From NCBI GenBank assembly GCA_963749915.1, contig CAVVOP010000022.1, positions 320,001-384,000 on the forward strand: a DNA stretch of 64,000 nt, given 5' to 3'. Shown here piece after piece: positions 53,968-64,000 of the stretch (its first letter is position 1; each line of letters starts with the position of its first letter). The stretch is from an uncultured cyanobacterium. Its GTDB lineage: Bacteria; Cyanobacteriota; Cyanobacteriia; Cyanobacteriales; Cyanobacteriaceae. The notes beneath the pieces were generated by a model that saw nothing but the letters and a program-made list of their open reading frames with translations, was not told where the DNA came from and ran no database searches. A program made the translations under genes and the position numbers.

Positions 53968-55335
53968 TTATTTGCTTATTACATCCCAGTTTTTGACGGC
54001 ATACTCTCCATAGGGACCCACTTCAAAGGACAAAGGGTTAAGCAGACCACGTTTTGCCCCTGTATTTGGATTAGTATATGCCGACGTATCGCTGATATTC
54101 TCAAAAGTATTGTTCTCGATAGTGGCAGCATAGCTTTCTCCGTCATGCATCAGAGGACGTGGATTTTCGGCAACATTCTCAATAATGTTGTCTTTGATTT
54201 CAATGGTATTAAAGTCGGACGAGGGATTAAATCTGAAGAAACCACCCTTTCGGGTCAGTGTGTTGGCTTTTACATGGTTGTTGTAAAAGTAAAATTGATT
54301 ATACACATCCTTGCTCCAGAAAAGCCCACGTCCTGGATTTCTGACTAGGTTATCGTGGAAAAGGGTCGGCCCTGGGGCTGATTTACCGCCGTGGTTAGTG
54401 ATCAAATTGCCGCCGTCATCTTCTGTCTTCAAATCAAAAAAATTGTGATCGATTTCTACTGCATTACGCGGTCCCTCAATAGAATAAGATTTATGAAGCC
54501 AATTATGATGAATATGATACGCCAAGCCTTCCTTGAGAACCAAACCCCCCTTCTGTTTGGGAATTGAAATTACGCCCGTAAAATTATTGTGATCGATTTC
54601 GATCCCTTGATCATTCTCAAAGGGAAACTCAAAAGAGAAGTTCACTTGCACATCGTTGTGGTGGAATCGCAGATTATTTCCCCCGCGACCTTTAAATCCA
54701 TAAAAATTTCTCCCACTGCGTGCTGATCGGTACATCTTATTGTTCCAAAACTCCGAATTATTAGTCCAGTTCATATATAGTGCACCACCTACCCACCGAT
54801 ATTTTCCTCCAGCATCGACAAACACATTGTCATGAACCTTGAAATTATTCATCCCAAAAGTTCGGATACTACTCCACAGAAAATCTTCAATGTGAAGATG
54901 GTGTAGCTCAACACCATCGGCTTTTTTTGCGTATATGGCACCATGAAGATTGCCAGCTGTGAGCTTCATGTTACCCAGTATTACATTCGTTGTCTTTTCT
55001 AAACGGAAAAGATAAGCTTTAGGATCATCTTTTTTGGGTAGATCATCGACACCAGGTTGCCATGTAGATGCTGCAGTGATAGTAGTCTGGTTCTCTCCCG
55101 CTCCGATAATCGACATTCCAGATTTGGGCATCAGTGGCTCTTTTAGTTTAAATGTGCCTGGTCCTACTAGCACTGTATCTCCATTGTTTCCGTTGTTGAC
55201 TGCAGCCACAAGACTAGCAACATCATTAATCTGGCGGGGATCATTCCCTTGAGGAAGAGTAATAAGAGTTGACAACACAAAAATCGCTATTGTAACTAGG
55301 AAAATAACTATTGGTATCTGTTTTTTGTAATTCAT
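53968..55335 (-). CDS. secreted right-handed beta-helix (pectin-lyase-like) protein
   Basis: N-terminal signal/TM, GDTVLVGPGTF, repeated xHxN.F PbH1-like units. Confidence 0.75.
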   Translation of the reverse strand: MNYKKQIPIVIFLVTIAIFVLSTLITLPQGNDPRQINDVASLVAAVNNGNNGDTVLVGPGTFKLKEPLMPKSGMSIIGAGENQTTITAASTWQPGVDDLPKKDDPKAYLFRLEKTTNVILGNMKLTAGNLHGAIYAKKADGVELHHLHIEDFLWSSIRTFGMNNFKVHDNVFVDAGGKYRWVGGALYMNWTNNSEFWNNKMYRSARSGRNFYGFKGRGGNNLRFHHNDVQVNFSFEFPFENDQGIEIDHNNFTGVISIPKQKGGLVLKEGLAYHIHHNWLHKSYSIEGPRNAVEIDHNFFDLKTEDDGGNLITNHGGKSAPGPTLFHDNLVRNPGRGLFWSKDVYNQFYFYNNHVKANTLTRKGGFFRFNPSSDFNTIEIKDNIIENVAENPRPLMHDGESYAATIENNTFENISDTSAYTNPNTGAKRGLLNPLSFEVGPYGEYAVKNWDVISK

Positions 55336-55381
55336 AAGGCTTCCCGATCACTTTGATGGAAACTAAGACTAATTAACACAA

Positions 55382-56788
55382 TCATAAGCTTTCTGCGGGT
55401 TTGATCTGCTCTTCTTGCCAACCTAAGCCAAGCAAGCAAGCTACTGTAAGCATATGACCTGGCTCCTCCATCTGAGTCAAGATAAACCCAAAGCTAGCAG
55501 TGGAAAGCAGGAGAAATTTACCAAAGTCATCCACGCAAATTCTTCGCCACACAATGAAACATAAATATAAGTAGGCTCCTAAGCCGAAGATCCCTTCATC
55601 TCCCCAGAAACCAACCCACGTAAACATAGGGAAGTATATTGTTGATTCTTGCGGCAGGTAAGTAGTGTTTATCACCTGCCAAAAATCAGACGATGCCGGA
55701 TGAGTAGTTGCTCCCAGAGGCGCGAGCATGTCTTTGTAGCTTTCTATTAACCATCCTCCTAAGCGAGTTGCAGTATGGCCAGGTCCTAAACCAAACAGCC
55801 AATTTAAAGGAGTCTCATAATAGGAAGGAATAATACGAAAGGCAGCAAACTTAGTTTGGGCTGCTAGCCCATCCCATCCCCAAATTGGTCTATTAATCCA
55901 GTTCTGATAAGGTCCTAAAAACTCCCAGTCTAAATTTAATAGTGCCCAACTAAAGCCAAGAACGCCTACGAACCCAAGAGAGCCATATAAGAACAATCTC
56001 AAAGGTTGTTGCACTTTAGTTGCGACCATCAATCCCCAACCTGCAGCTAGTGCTAAAAACACTTGCTTTGAGTCAGAAACCTGTATTTGATATAAGGCCC
56101 CCAATAAAGGGATGATTCGAATCCACAAAGATAAATGTTTGAAGCGGTTGAAAAAATACAATGCGATGTAAAATGACACCGTGCAAGAAACATAGTTAGC
56201 AGCGCTTCCTCCTCCACCTCCAAAAACGCCAGTTATATTGTCTGCTAGAGTACCTCCGGCCGGCTTGGGATAGATTCCAATAGGTAAAAGAATTGATTGG
56301 GCGATGGCAAGCAATAAGTTAAATAAAGCAAAACCGAATAGCCAATACTGAAATGTCCTCAATTTTTCCTGGGAGAAAGGAATTGAAACTATTGCAGCTA
56401 AGAGCATAAATGGCTCTATTTGAAAAATAAATTGTAAAAAAAGATTGATGATTCCTGCCTGATTCTGCAATGTACTCACAACCATGCAACCAAGAAAAAA
56501 AAGTATGCCGGCTACTAAGGTCCAAACAATTCTAATTGCTTTTCCGTTGGTGGTTTTAGTTGTCAGGATTGCTATTAAAAAAACAATAGGAACAATCCCA
56601 AAATGAACAAAGTTGATGACTGATGGTGCTCCAAAAGAGGACAAAAGTCGAGGGAAAAAAGCTGTGGCAAATCCCATTAGAATAAGCTTCGAGTTTCTGA
56701 TTATGCCAGCTTTTTTAATTTGCCTGTTTTGTGTAATAGTCTCTAGTCTGCTTGTCATGATTAACGTTTGCTTATCAGTTCTGGTCAA
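55382..56788 (-). CDS. polytopic membrane protein, Wzy/O-antigen-ligase-like polymerase
   Basis: ~10 TM, large late loop, FGLGPG motif, position in a GT cluster. Confidence 0.6.
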   Translation of the reverse strand: MTRTDKQTLIMTSRLETITQNRQIKKAGIIRNSKLILMGFATAFFPRLLSSFGAPSVINFVHFGIVPIVFLIAILTTKTTNGKAIRIVWTLVAGILFFLGCMVVSTLQNQAGIINLFLQFIFQIEPFMLLAAIVSIPFSQEKLRTFQYWLFGFALFNLLLAIAQSILLPIGIYPKPAGGTLADNITGVFGGGGGSAANYVSCTVSFYIALYFFNRFKHLSLWIRIIPLLGALYQIQVSDSKQVFLALAAGWGLMVATKVQQPLRLFLYGSLGFVGVLGFSWALLNLDWEFLGPYQNWINRPIWGWDGLAAQTKFAAFRIIPSYYETPLNWLFGLGPGHTATRLGGWLIESYKDMLAPLGATTHPASSDFWQVINTTYLPQESTIYFPMFTWVGFWGDEGIFGLGAYLYLCFIVWRRICVDDFGKFLLLSTASFGFILTQMEEPGHMLTVACLLGLGWQEEQIKPAESL

Positions 56789-56942
56789 GGAGATAATTCA
56801 GATGAAATTGACTCGTTGATTGTTATATAATGGGTTCAATAAGTTCTGGAGCACCGATCCACTACCACGAAGTTTGTACATTCCAGCCGATAATCCATGA
56901 AAATAAAGGAGCTGAAACATCGAGCTTTGGTTGAGAATCATT

Positions 56943-58001
56943 CTACCGGACCGATGTTCTACGGCAGGTGAAACAATCACTCAACCGCTTTTCATTGGGT
57001 AAGGAATTGCATCCATAGATAGTGTCTAAACCAAATTCTTCTAAGATTTTTAGTCCATTATCTATTTGTTGAGTAGATAAATCATCTTTCCACACATCAA
57101 GGGGGCTTTGAGCTGATAAGGTGCTGAATTTATTACCCTGAGTTCGAGAAGGCTTACAAATGATCTTTATGAGTTCTTGATCAAGCTCTGTAAAATCGCC
57201 ATCATACAAATAACTAAATAATCGAAAAAGCTCTTCTTTCGGATTACAAAAGAGATTTTCATAAAATACAATATATAAATCACCTTGGTTTAACTGTTGA
57301 AACGGAACATAGTGGATAATAGACCAAATTAGTATCTGATTTTCGATAAAATTATCCTTTGCATGACTAATTAAATGCTCAAACGGTGCTAAATAATCAT
57401 GCATCAAAAGATTCTGCTCCAGAAATTCCTTGGCATCTCTCATCCAGATCCAATCTGAATTTCGCTTTTTAGAAAGTGCAACAGAAAATGGATTTCTAAT
57501 GATCATAATCTTTTTTACCTTGGGGATATTCTGATGTACCCACTCAATCAAAAGATTCCCATAAATATCCTTAACTAACAATCCTTGGTAGAATAGCTGG
57601 GGCTTGCTAGTATCAGCCCTAAGATGTTTAAATTTGCCACTAAATACCGAGTGCAAAAACTCGCCCACAGGAGAATTGTGATCATCAGCCCTTAGATAAG
57701 GATTAAAACCAAATTTTCTTGTCTGCTTCACATGTACCGGATGAATGCACTCAAAAAGCTCTCTGTATCTTTGATCCCAATTTATGAGGTCACCTAACCA
57801 AGTTGTACCGCTTCTACCATCACCCACAACCCAGATGACATCCTCATAATTTCCTAAGTAATAATTAAGACTTGCTGCAGGGAACCTCGCAAGCCGCTTA
57901 AACAATTTTTCTCGCTGACGTTTAGAATTAATTAGTCTTTTTAGATTCCTCATTGTCAAGATGCCTTGAGGTTGGATAGTTTCAGATTGCTGGTTTTTCA
58001 C
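56943..58001 (-). CDS. sulfotransferase
   Basis: 5'-PSB GDGRSGTTW, 3'-PB IIRNPFSVALS, FYENL; start may be ATG 57953. Confidence 0.88.
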   Translation of the reverse strand: MKNQQSETIQPQGILTMRNLKRLINSKRQREKLFKRLARFPAASLNYYLGNYEDVIWVVGDGRSGTTWLGDLINWDQRYRELFECIHPVHVKQTRKFGFNPYLRADDHNSPVGEFLHSVFSGKFKHLRADTSKPQLFYQGLLVKDIYGNLLIEWVHQNIPKVKKIMIIRNPFSVALSKKRNSDWIWMRDAKEFLEQNLLMHDYLAPFEHLISHAKDNFIENQILIWSIIHYVPFQQLNQGDLYIVFYENLFCNPKEELFRLFSYLYDGDFTELDQELIKIICKPSRTQGNKFSTLSAQSPLDVWKDDLSTQQIDNGLKILEEFGLDTIYGCNSLPNEKRLSDCFTCRRTSVR

Positions 58002-58050
58002 GATCTATATTTAATTTATTTGATTGACTAGCTTGTTCAAGTTAAGGCAA

Positions 58051-59328
58051 TTATGACGTTTCCAAGGGGTTGCGGTCTAAGGAATCTGACGATGTGGTCG
58101 AGCTAGGTATCTGATTTATACCTGTGGCATTTTTAGCTTTGATACGCTCAATGACCTCAAGGAAAGCATTCACTTCACAATACAGGTCTTGTTCGCCAAA
58201 AACTTCCCTAGAGCGATGGCTATACCTTTGGCGTGTTTGGGTATCAGCCATTTCCAAGATCGCCTCCACTAAGGCGTCGGGTTTACCACAGGGATAAACC
58301 AGGCCATTGTAGCGATGGCGTACAGTATCGCTATAACCCCAGTTACCACAACGATCGCTTAAAATTGGTGGTGTCCCCGATACCATGGCTTCCGAGACCA
58401 CCAAGGGATGGGGATCAATCCATGAGGTAACGGTAAACACATCCAAGGCTGCAAAATAGAGAGGAATCTTCGATTGATTGACAAAGCCATAGTTGATGAC
58501 TTCACCATGGTTTAATTGAGCGATGTGCTCATTAATTGCATCATTTAAATCTCCACCACCAAACAAGACTCCACGAATGCGGGGGTCACGCTGGTGAGCC
58601 TTAGAGATCCCCTCAATGAACTCGAAGGGATTTTTACGCTCGATATATTTTCCCATGAACCCGTACAGGATCGTGTTTTCATCCCAAGCTAGTTCCTGAC
58701 GAATTTTGCTGATTTCCTCAGGGAAAGCCGCAATAGTTTGTTTAAAGCGATCGCCATCTACTGGATGACAGCCCCGCACAATCTTGTCATCCCTGACTCC
58801 GTAGTGTCGCAAATGGACTTCATTATGGTCACCACAGGATAGCCAATAATCCGCTAAATTATTCATCCAAGGATAAAGCACCGCCATAGCAATTAATCGT
58901 AACCGACCATAGCGAGCATCAGACATGATGCTGGCATCATTTTGCATAATTAGGGGAACACCGCGTAATTTGCATAACATAGCAGTCAATCGATAGGAGT
59001 AATTGACAAAACTTTGCATAAAAATGGCATCAAAGTTCTCTTTTGTCAGGCGGCTAATCAATGCTGGACTAATAACGCTTTTCTTTTGTTGTGATGGAAC
59101 CGTTCCCGAGAGATCCTTTAGATACTCATAATCATAACCGCTGGTCAAATCAACGTCCCAAGGTTGGGAACTATTACCGAGAAGGCGATCGCCGCTTGCC
59201 TGATTTTCGTTGCACAGATAAAGTACTTTTAAGGAAAGACCCTTTTGTTCGCTCAGTTTTCTCCAAAGAGGTCCGTGATGTTGAGTGGGATGGGTAAAAA
59301 CAACTCCTAACCGAAATTTTTTATTCAT
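58051..59328 (-). CDS. glycosyltransferase family 4
   Basis: GKYIERKN, GFVNQS, DPHPLVVSEAM. Confidence 0.9.
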   Translation of the reverse strand: MNKKFRLGVVFTHPTQHHGPLWRKLSEQKGLSLKVLYLCNENQASGDRLLGNSSQPWDVDLTSGYDYEYLKDLSGTVPSQQKKSVISPALISRLTKENFDAIFMQSFVNYSYRLTAMLCKLRGVPLIMQNDASIMSDARYGRLRLIAMAVLYPWMNNLADYWLSCGDHNEVHLRHYGVRDDKIVRGCHPVDGDRFKQTIAAFPEEISKIRQELAWDENTILYGFMGKYIERKNPFEFIEGISKAHQRDPRIRGVLFGGGDLNDAINEHIAQLNHGEVINYGFVNQSKIPLYFAALDVFTVTSWIDPHPLVVSEAMVSGTPPILSDRCGNWGYSDTVRHRYNGLVYPCGKPDALVEAILEMADTQTRQRYSHRSREVFGEQDLYCEVNAFLEVIERIKAKNATGINQIPSSTTSSDSLDRNPLETS

Positions 59329-59416
59329 AATTTATTTTAAAACCTTATGTATATTAATACTTTTATACTCATTCCTCTTCAAAAAAAGTCAAAATAAATA
59401 TTTATAATATCAATGT

Positions 59417-60535
59417 TTAATTTAAAACCTCCTCATAAACATGGGCAACATGCTCTGCTGTATTTTCCCAAGTAAATTGCTTGACTCGTTCTAAACCTTT
59501 GCGAACAAGTTCCTTACGTTCCCAGGGACGAGCGTATAATTGCTGAATTGCCTTAGCAATGCCCTCCACATCCAATGGATCTGTCAAAATTGCCGCATTT
59601 CCTGCTACTTCTGGCAAGGAGCTAACATTGGTTGTAATCACCGCCGTTCCACAGGCCATTGCTTCTAGAACAGTTAAGCCAAATCCTTCATATAGTGAGG
59701 GAACCAGTAACACGTCGGCTGCGTTGTAAATTTTGACTAATGTTTCTTCATCCGGTTGACCTAAATAAGTAACACAGGACTCCAAATGATGCTCTTTAAT
59801 GAAGATTTTTTGTTCACCACTAAAGTCATCTCCAGCTTTCCAAAACACAACCGGTAAACCTTGACTATTTAAAACTGCCAAAGCTTTTAAGGCGGTGATA
59901 ATATTTTTACGGGCATTGTTAGAACCCACATTCAATAAGCACAATTTGTCCTCTGACAATCCTTGCTTGCACCGAAAGTCATTGATACTGTCCTGAGGAA
60001 GTTGACGAAATATGGGGTCAACGCCGTTATGAACCACCGTAATGTTCTGGTCAGGTATAGCCAGATGATTAATGGTATCTTTTTTCGTATGGGATGAAAC
60101 CGCAATAATGCGGTCAGATTTGGTCATCCCCTGAATCGCTATTTTCCAAGCAGTCATACTAACGAGGGGAAAACTTGCTTGCCCCTGAAATGTTTCGGGT
60201 CTAATGATATTGATTAAGTCATGGCAAGTGGTCACACTAGGCCTGTGATCGCGTTTCAACCAATAATTAAGATAACCATCACTGTGGTCAATCACATGGA
60301 AAATATCTGCCTCCAGGTTTTTTAGGGTGCGAGGGTAGTGCCAATACCGTTCATAGTATTTCTGTCCCCCCGCAAGCAAATCCGATTGTCTCGTGCTAGC
60401 TACCGCCAGAGTAGGGGAACGCTCAATAATTTCCCAATCAGGTCGAACAACTTTTAATCCTCTAATTAAACTGTTAGCGTACACATCCATACTAAAAGAT
60501 GCATTAGGTGCCCTACGTAAGATTACAACACGCAT
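59417..60535 (-). CDS. glycosyltransferase family 4
   Basis: RKNI, PSLYEGFGLTVLEAMACG. Confidence 0.93.
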   Translation of the reverse strand: MRVVILRRAPNASFSMDVYANSLIRGLKVVRPDWEIIERSPTLAVASTRQSDLLAGGQKYYERYWHYPRTLKNLEADIFHVIDHSDGYLNYWLKRDHRPSVTTCHDLINIIRPETFQGQASFPLVSMTAWKIAIQGMTKSDRIIAVSSHTKKDTINHLAIPDQNITVVHNGVDPIFRQLPQDSINDFRCKQGLSEDKLCLLNVGSNNARKNIITALKALAVLNSQGLPVVFWKAGDDFSGEQKIFIKEHHLESCVTYLGQPDEETLVKIYNAADVLLVPSLYEGFGLTVLEAMACGTAVITTNVSSLPEVAGNAAILTDPLDVEGIAKAIQQLYARPWERKELVRKGLERVKQFTWENTAEHVAHVYEEVLN

Positions 60536-60571
60536 AAAATTAAATTATTATCACAAATTTCAAAAATTATT

Positions 60572-61630
60572 CTAACTTAATAAAGCACGTAAACGATTCA
60601 GTGTAGTATCCACCAATCTAGGACGCAGGTGTGGTGCATAAAGCCAGGTGATCCCCAACCTTGCTAGGGGTACTGGCATTAAACCAACCCACAAAAACCA
60701 CAAGGTGTAAATTAGTCTCTTGGGCAGATTGTAGCTGGAAAATTTCCAGACATTGGTTAATCCCCAGCCCATGAGTTGCAACATATTATCGCTAGGAACA
60801 GGGTGAGCCTGAGGCTCCAACCTCAGAGAGGCTAGGCGTGACCAAATACGACCGATAGATCGCCTTTCCAAATCGTCAGACACCTCAAGGTTAAATTCTT
60901 GAGCACGTTGCTGCAATAGTGCAAAGTTTTGGAGATCGTGGTTAACAAACCGTCGAAATCGGCTCCCGGAAACAGCGCTCAAGGCCCACTGGTTACTAGT
61001 GTGGACGCGATAAGCAGCCATGGGTTCATCAATACTGGCGATTTTTCCGGCGTAGAATGGTGTTGAAATCATCAAGTAATCATCACCCGTTGTTTTGTAC
61101 TCTTCAGGGATGGGAAACACAGGAGTTAGGGTTTCTCTACGATAGGCATTGCCACTCATAGGAGAACTGGCATAGCTGCTGGTCTGTAAAAGTTCGCGCC
61201 ACACCTCTCCCGAAGACAGTTTGATGCCAACCGAAGGAATAAAATAGCCCAATGGCTTATTTTCCCCATCCACAACCTGTAGGCGATAATGGACTTTGCC
61301 AATGTCTGGTTGAAATTTTGCCATAATTTTTTCCACTGCATTGGGTAACAGATAATCGTCAGCATCCAGGAATAAAATGATTTCTCCCTTACTGGCGGCA
61401 AAGCCGGTATTCAAGGCAGCGGATTGTTTACCATTTTCTTGAAAAATGGGAGTAATGCGATCGCCGTATTTAGAAATAACTTCATCAGAATTGTCAGTGG
61501 AACCGTCGTCAACAACAATAACTTCTATTGCCCCATAATTCTGATTTAAGGCACTATCTATGGCTGCGGGCAAAAACTGAGCATAATTATAATTATTGAT
61601 GATTATGCTGACGAAATTATTATTTTTCAT
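60572..61630 (-). CDS. glycosyltransferase family 2
   Basis: SIIINNYN, VVDDGSTD, FLDADD. Confidence 0.93.
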   Translation of the reverse strand: MKNNNFVSIIINNYNYAQFLPAAIDSALNQNYGAIEVIVVDDGSTDNSDEVISKYGDRITPIFQENGKQSAALNTGFAASKGEIILFLDADDYLLPNAVEKIMAKFQPDIGKVHYRLQVVDGENKPLGYFIPSVGIKLSSGEVWRELLQTSSYASSPMSGNAYRRETLTPVFPIPEEYKTTGDDYLMISTPFYAGKIASIDEPMAAYRVHTSNQWALSAVSGSRFRRFVNHDLQNFALLQQRAQEFNLEVSDDLERRSIGRIWSRLASLRLEPQAHPVPSDNMLQLMGWGLTNVWKFSSYNLPKRLIYTLWFLWVGLMPVPLARLGITWLYAPHLRPRLVDTTLNRLRALLS

Positions 61631-61832
61631 AACCTTATTTAACTTTCCTCATCGGCCTGTTAACATTTTCAGGGGTAATAATATTGATTAGTCAATCACT
61701 CTTTAAGCCTTTTTTTAAGCTTAGAGGATTTTTTTTGAAAATGGCTAGTTTTTCTTGTATTTTACATAATCTTTACAAATGCCTAAACTTGACAGAATGC
61801 TTATATAAAACCTTTACAGCAACTTGATAAAT

Positions 61833-62729
61833 TTATCTGCTCGCTTTATTTATACTGACCCAGTTCCCAGAAATTTCAAAAGCAGGAGAGTAACCGTATT
61901 TTTCGATAATAAACTTCTCTCGCTTTGCAATTAAATCACTAGTTTCTCTGTCGTAGTAATATCCAACATCCCTAACACGAGAGGAAGAGTTACTTTGGGA
62001 ATTCGAGTCTTTAAACAGAGGAGGCTTAAAGGAACGAATATCAGCCCGTAACTCAGGGGTATCCTTAAAATTCAATTTTTCTAGGATTCGGATTAGATCC
62101 CTTTCGAGATTTTCAACTTTTATAATTTCATTGAGAATATTATTTTTCGAGTCAAAGACCTGAAGTTTATCTATATTGTCAATGTCGTCCTCAAAGAGAG
62201 CCAAAAATTCGCGGGAAAAAAGACTTAAATAATAATAAGTGTAAATCCCAGCAAACGAACTCACTGGGCTAAATGCATATCCGTCACCAAAACAATATTT
62301 ACGATTTGAATCGACATCAAGTATTAAAGACAGCCATTCTCGAAATAAATGCGGATCTCTAGCATCTGAATATAATCTTTTCCAGTCATTCACCGGCTTC
62401 ATTATATTCTCAATTAAAAACAGAAGAAAAATATCAAGAGGAATGTTTTTATAATCTCCTAATAATCCATTTCCTTTCAGCTTTCGAGATGTTAACCGCT
62501 CAAAGAGAATTCCTTTGGAATCGCAACCAAAAGCCCACATAGAAACGTACCAGTCCCAGGGGTTTCGTATCGAACCAACAATCATCTTGTTTTGGTTCTC
62601 CCAGTGGCGAGGTAAGCGATTATGCTTGCCATCAAGTTTTCCACCCACTAGATACTTAAGCAAATTTCTGATGTGACTGCAGGCAGTTTTTGGCAGCTCA
62701 AGATACAATAGTTTGTCTGAAATCAGCAT
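61833..62729 (-). CDS. sulfotransferase-like protein (Sulfotransfer_2-type)
   Basis: LELPKTACS PSB-like loop, SIRNPWDWYVS 3'-PB; GGAGG precedes ATG 62729. Confidence 0.7.
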   Translation of the reverse strand: MLISDKLLYLELPKTACSHIRNLLKYLVGGKLDGKHNRLPRHWENQNKMIVGSIRNPWDWYVSMWAFGCDSKGILFERLTSRKLKGNGLLGDYKNIPLDIFLLFLIENIMKPVNDWKRLYSDARDPHLFREWLSLILDVDSNRKYCFGDGYAFSPVSSFAGIYTYYYLSLFSREFLALFEDDIDNIDKLQVFDSKNNILNEIIKVENLERDLIRILEKLNFKDTPELRADIRSFKPPLFKDSNSQSNSSSRVRDVGYYYDRETSDLIAKREKFIIEKYGYSPAFEISGNWVSINKASR

Positions 62730-62749
62730 GTAGTCCTCCAATATTGTGT

Positions 62750-63895
62750 TCAAGATAAATCCTTCAGAAGCTTCTTAATTTCTCCAGCAGACACATCCCA
62801 ATTTAGGCGCTCCTCATATTCCTTTAAAGAAAACAAGGCCAAATCTTTGTAATTTGAATAATTGGAGAATAAACTCGCAATATAAGTGCAATATTGAGTA
62901 ATGTCAGCATTAACTCGAAACTTCATCCCATTAATGTTATCCCTAATCACTGTAGGAATGCCACCAACATCCGTAGTTAGACAGGGTACTCCCAGGGAAT
63001 TAGCTTCACAGAGAACGATGGGAGTGCAATCGGCCAGAGAGGGGAGTAAAAGAAAATGAGATTCGGCAATTAATTGGGCAATTCTGGTTTGGCCTTCCTC
63101 GGTATACTTACTAATAAAGCCTAGGGGTTTCACAAAATCCGGTAGTGTTTCCTCTGTCAAAGGTTGACAACCAACAATATTTAATTCTGTGTTCAGGCCT
63201 GCTTTGTTTAACTCTTGGGCAAGCTTAAGAGCAACATCACCCCCTTTCCGATACCATTCAACCCCCAGAAAAAGTAGCTTACACTGATTAGAAGGTCTAG
63301 ACTCGATGAGACTTTTAACTTTATCAACACTGTAATTATGCTGTAAATTTGCTCCGAATGAAACCACCTTAACTTTGGACTTGTCAGCCCCATAATAGTT
63401 AATGGCACTCTGTGCTGCCCAATGTGATGAGTAGATTGCTAACCGGGATTTCTCCAGAGCGAGTTGTTCCATACGGTGCCAATTTTCTACTGTTTCTTGG
63501 CAAAGATTGCTGTATGCAGGGTAAAAATCGGCGATATTTGCAAAAGTCGCGTCCGCCCAAAATACAATTGGCTGTTCACAATCAAGATAGGCAATGGGGT
63601 TCGTAGTGGCACTGAAAACAATATCTGCTCGGGAATTTGAGAGTTTATGAGCTACTTCCTGAGCAAATCCTCTTAATATGTAAGGCTCGGAATCTTTCAT
63701 ATATTTCTTGCCTGAAATCTCATGGTAATGTCTTTTTAACTTTCTCACGAGTCTATATGTCAATTTATCTTGCAAAGGACCAAGATAGTCAAGCTCAATT
63801 GACTGATTCTTCAGGGACTCTGCGATGAAATACCCAGTCCCTGACCATTGTTTAACATCATGGGCATCATACTCAGTAACATAAGCCAGTTTCAT
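62750..63895 (-). CDS. glycosyltransferase family 4
   Basis: WSGT, WYRKGG, ADCTPIVLCEANSLG. Confidence 0.9.
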   Translation of the reverse strand: MKLAYVTEYDAHDVKQWSGTGYFIAESLKNQSIELDYLGPLQDKLTYRLVRKLKRHYHEISGKKYMKDSEPYILRGFAQEVAHKLSNSRADIVFSATTNPIAYLDCEQPIVFWADATFANIADFYPAYSNLCQETVENWHRMEQLALEKSRLAIYSSHWAAQSAINYYGADKSKVKVVSFGANLQHNYSVDKVKSLIESRPSNQCKLLFLGVEWYRKGGDVALKLAQELNKAGLNTELNIVGCQPLTEETLPDFVKPLGFISKYTEEGQTRIAQLIAESHFLLLPSLADCTPIVLCEANSLGVPCLTTDVGGIPTVIRDNINGMKFRVNADITQYCTYIASLFSNYSNYKDLALFSLKEYEERLNWDVSAGEIKKLLKDLS

Positions 63896-64000
63896 AAAAA
63901 ATTTTTAGCCTCTAAAAGTAAATTTATAAATAAATCTGGTCATGAATTTCTACCATCTCCGGGACTCTCCCCCCAGTGTTAGACGAATTCTTTCCCAGGC

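Larger units (their letters stand above)
3939..61464. repeat. HIP1 octamer GCGATCGC, dispersed (about 20 copies by eye)
   Basis: e.g. 3939, 14883, 38651, 50662, 58747, 59185, 61457. Confidence 0.9.

Noticed and set aside
56798..56980. 60-aa ORF or pseudogene between sulfotransferase and Wzy-like gene
   Set aside because: No recognisable motif in any frame
4373..63828. Many short ORFs overlapping or antisense to clear genes (e.g. 22511-22873, 23066-23578, 42948-43283, 43758-44102, 50367-50693)
   Set aside because: Shadow frames of well-supported CDSs with no motifs
63896..64000. 3' end of an upstream island gene
   Set aside because: Too short to fix the frame

Overview
AT-rich chromosomal window from a unicellular cyanobacterium. 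HIP1 GCGATCGC octamers, heptamer STRR repeats and cupB/bicA/rbcR/psb35 support this; the low GC suggests the Geminocystis/Cyanobacterium lineage (inference). Positions 1-53.9 kb are mostly core genes: SpkA-like kinase, sufR, gatA, ABC-F, argS, radC, yraN, mutL, cupB, pixGHI-like taxis genes, ABC1 kinase, SLH-porin, gcvH, bicA, prmC, cobW, thrS, birA, cutA, parA-like, exoD, hisZ, pepA, rbcR, Z-ISO/NnrU, trxC, psb35, a histidine kinase and rfbCDA. From 53.97 kb to the end is a minus-strand, visibly GC-richer polysaccharide cluster: four glycosyltransferases, two sulfotransferases, a Wzy-like membrane protein and a secreted beta-helix protein, i.e. a candidate sulfated EPS pathway. The most notable non-annotated signal is a ~270-nt transcription unit upstream of the porin (~18116-18390). 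It has its own sigma70-type promoter, a perfect Shine-Dalgarno, a 22-codon micro-ORF and a long G-U-containing rod fold. Other signals are a SufR operator at a sufR detached from sufBCDS, an NdhR-type site before bicA, a pixGHI cluster lacking MCP/CheA, and several MITE-like elements, some of which supply gene stop codons. No tRNA, rRNA, CRISPR array or transposase was seen.
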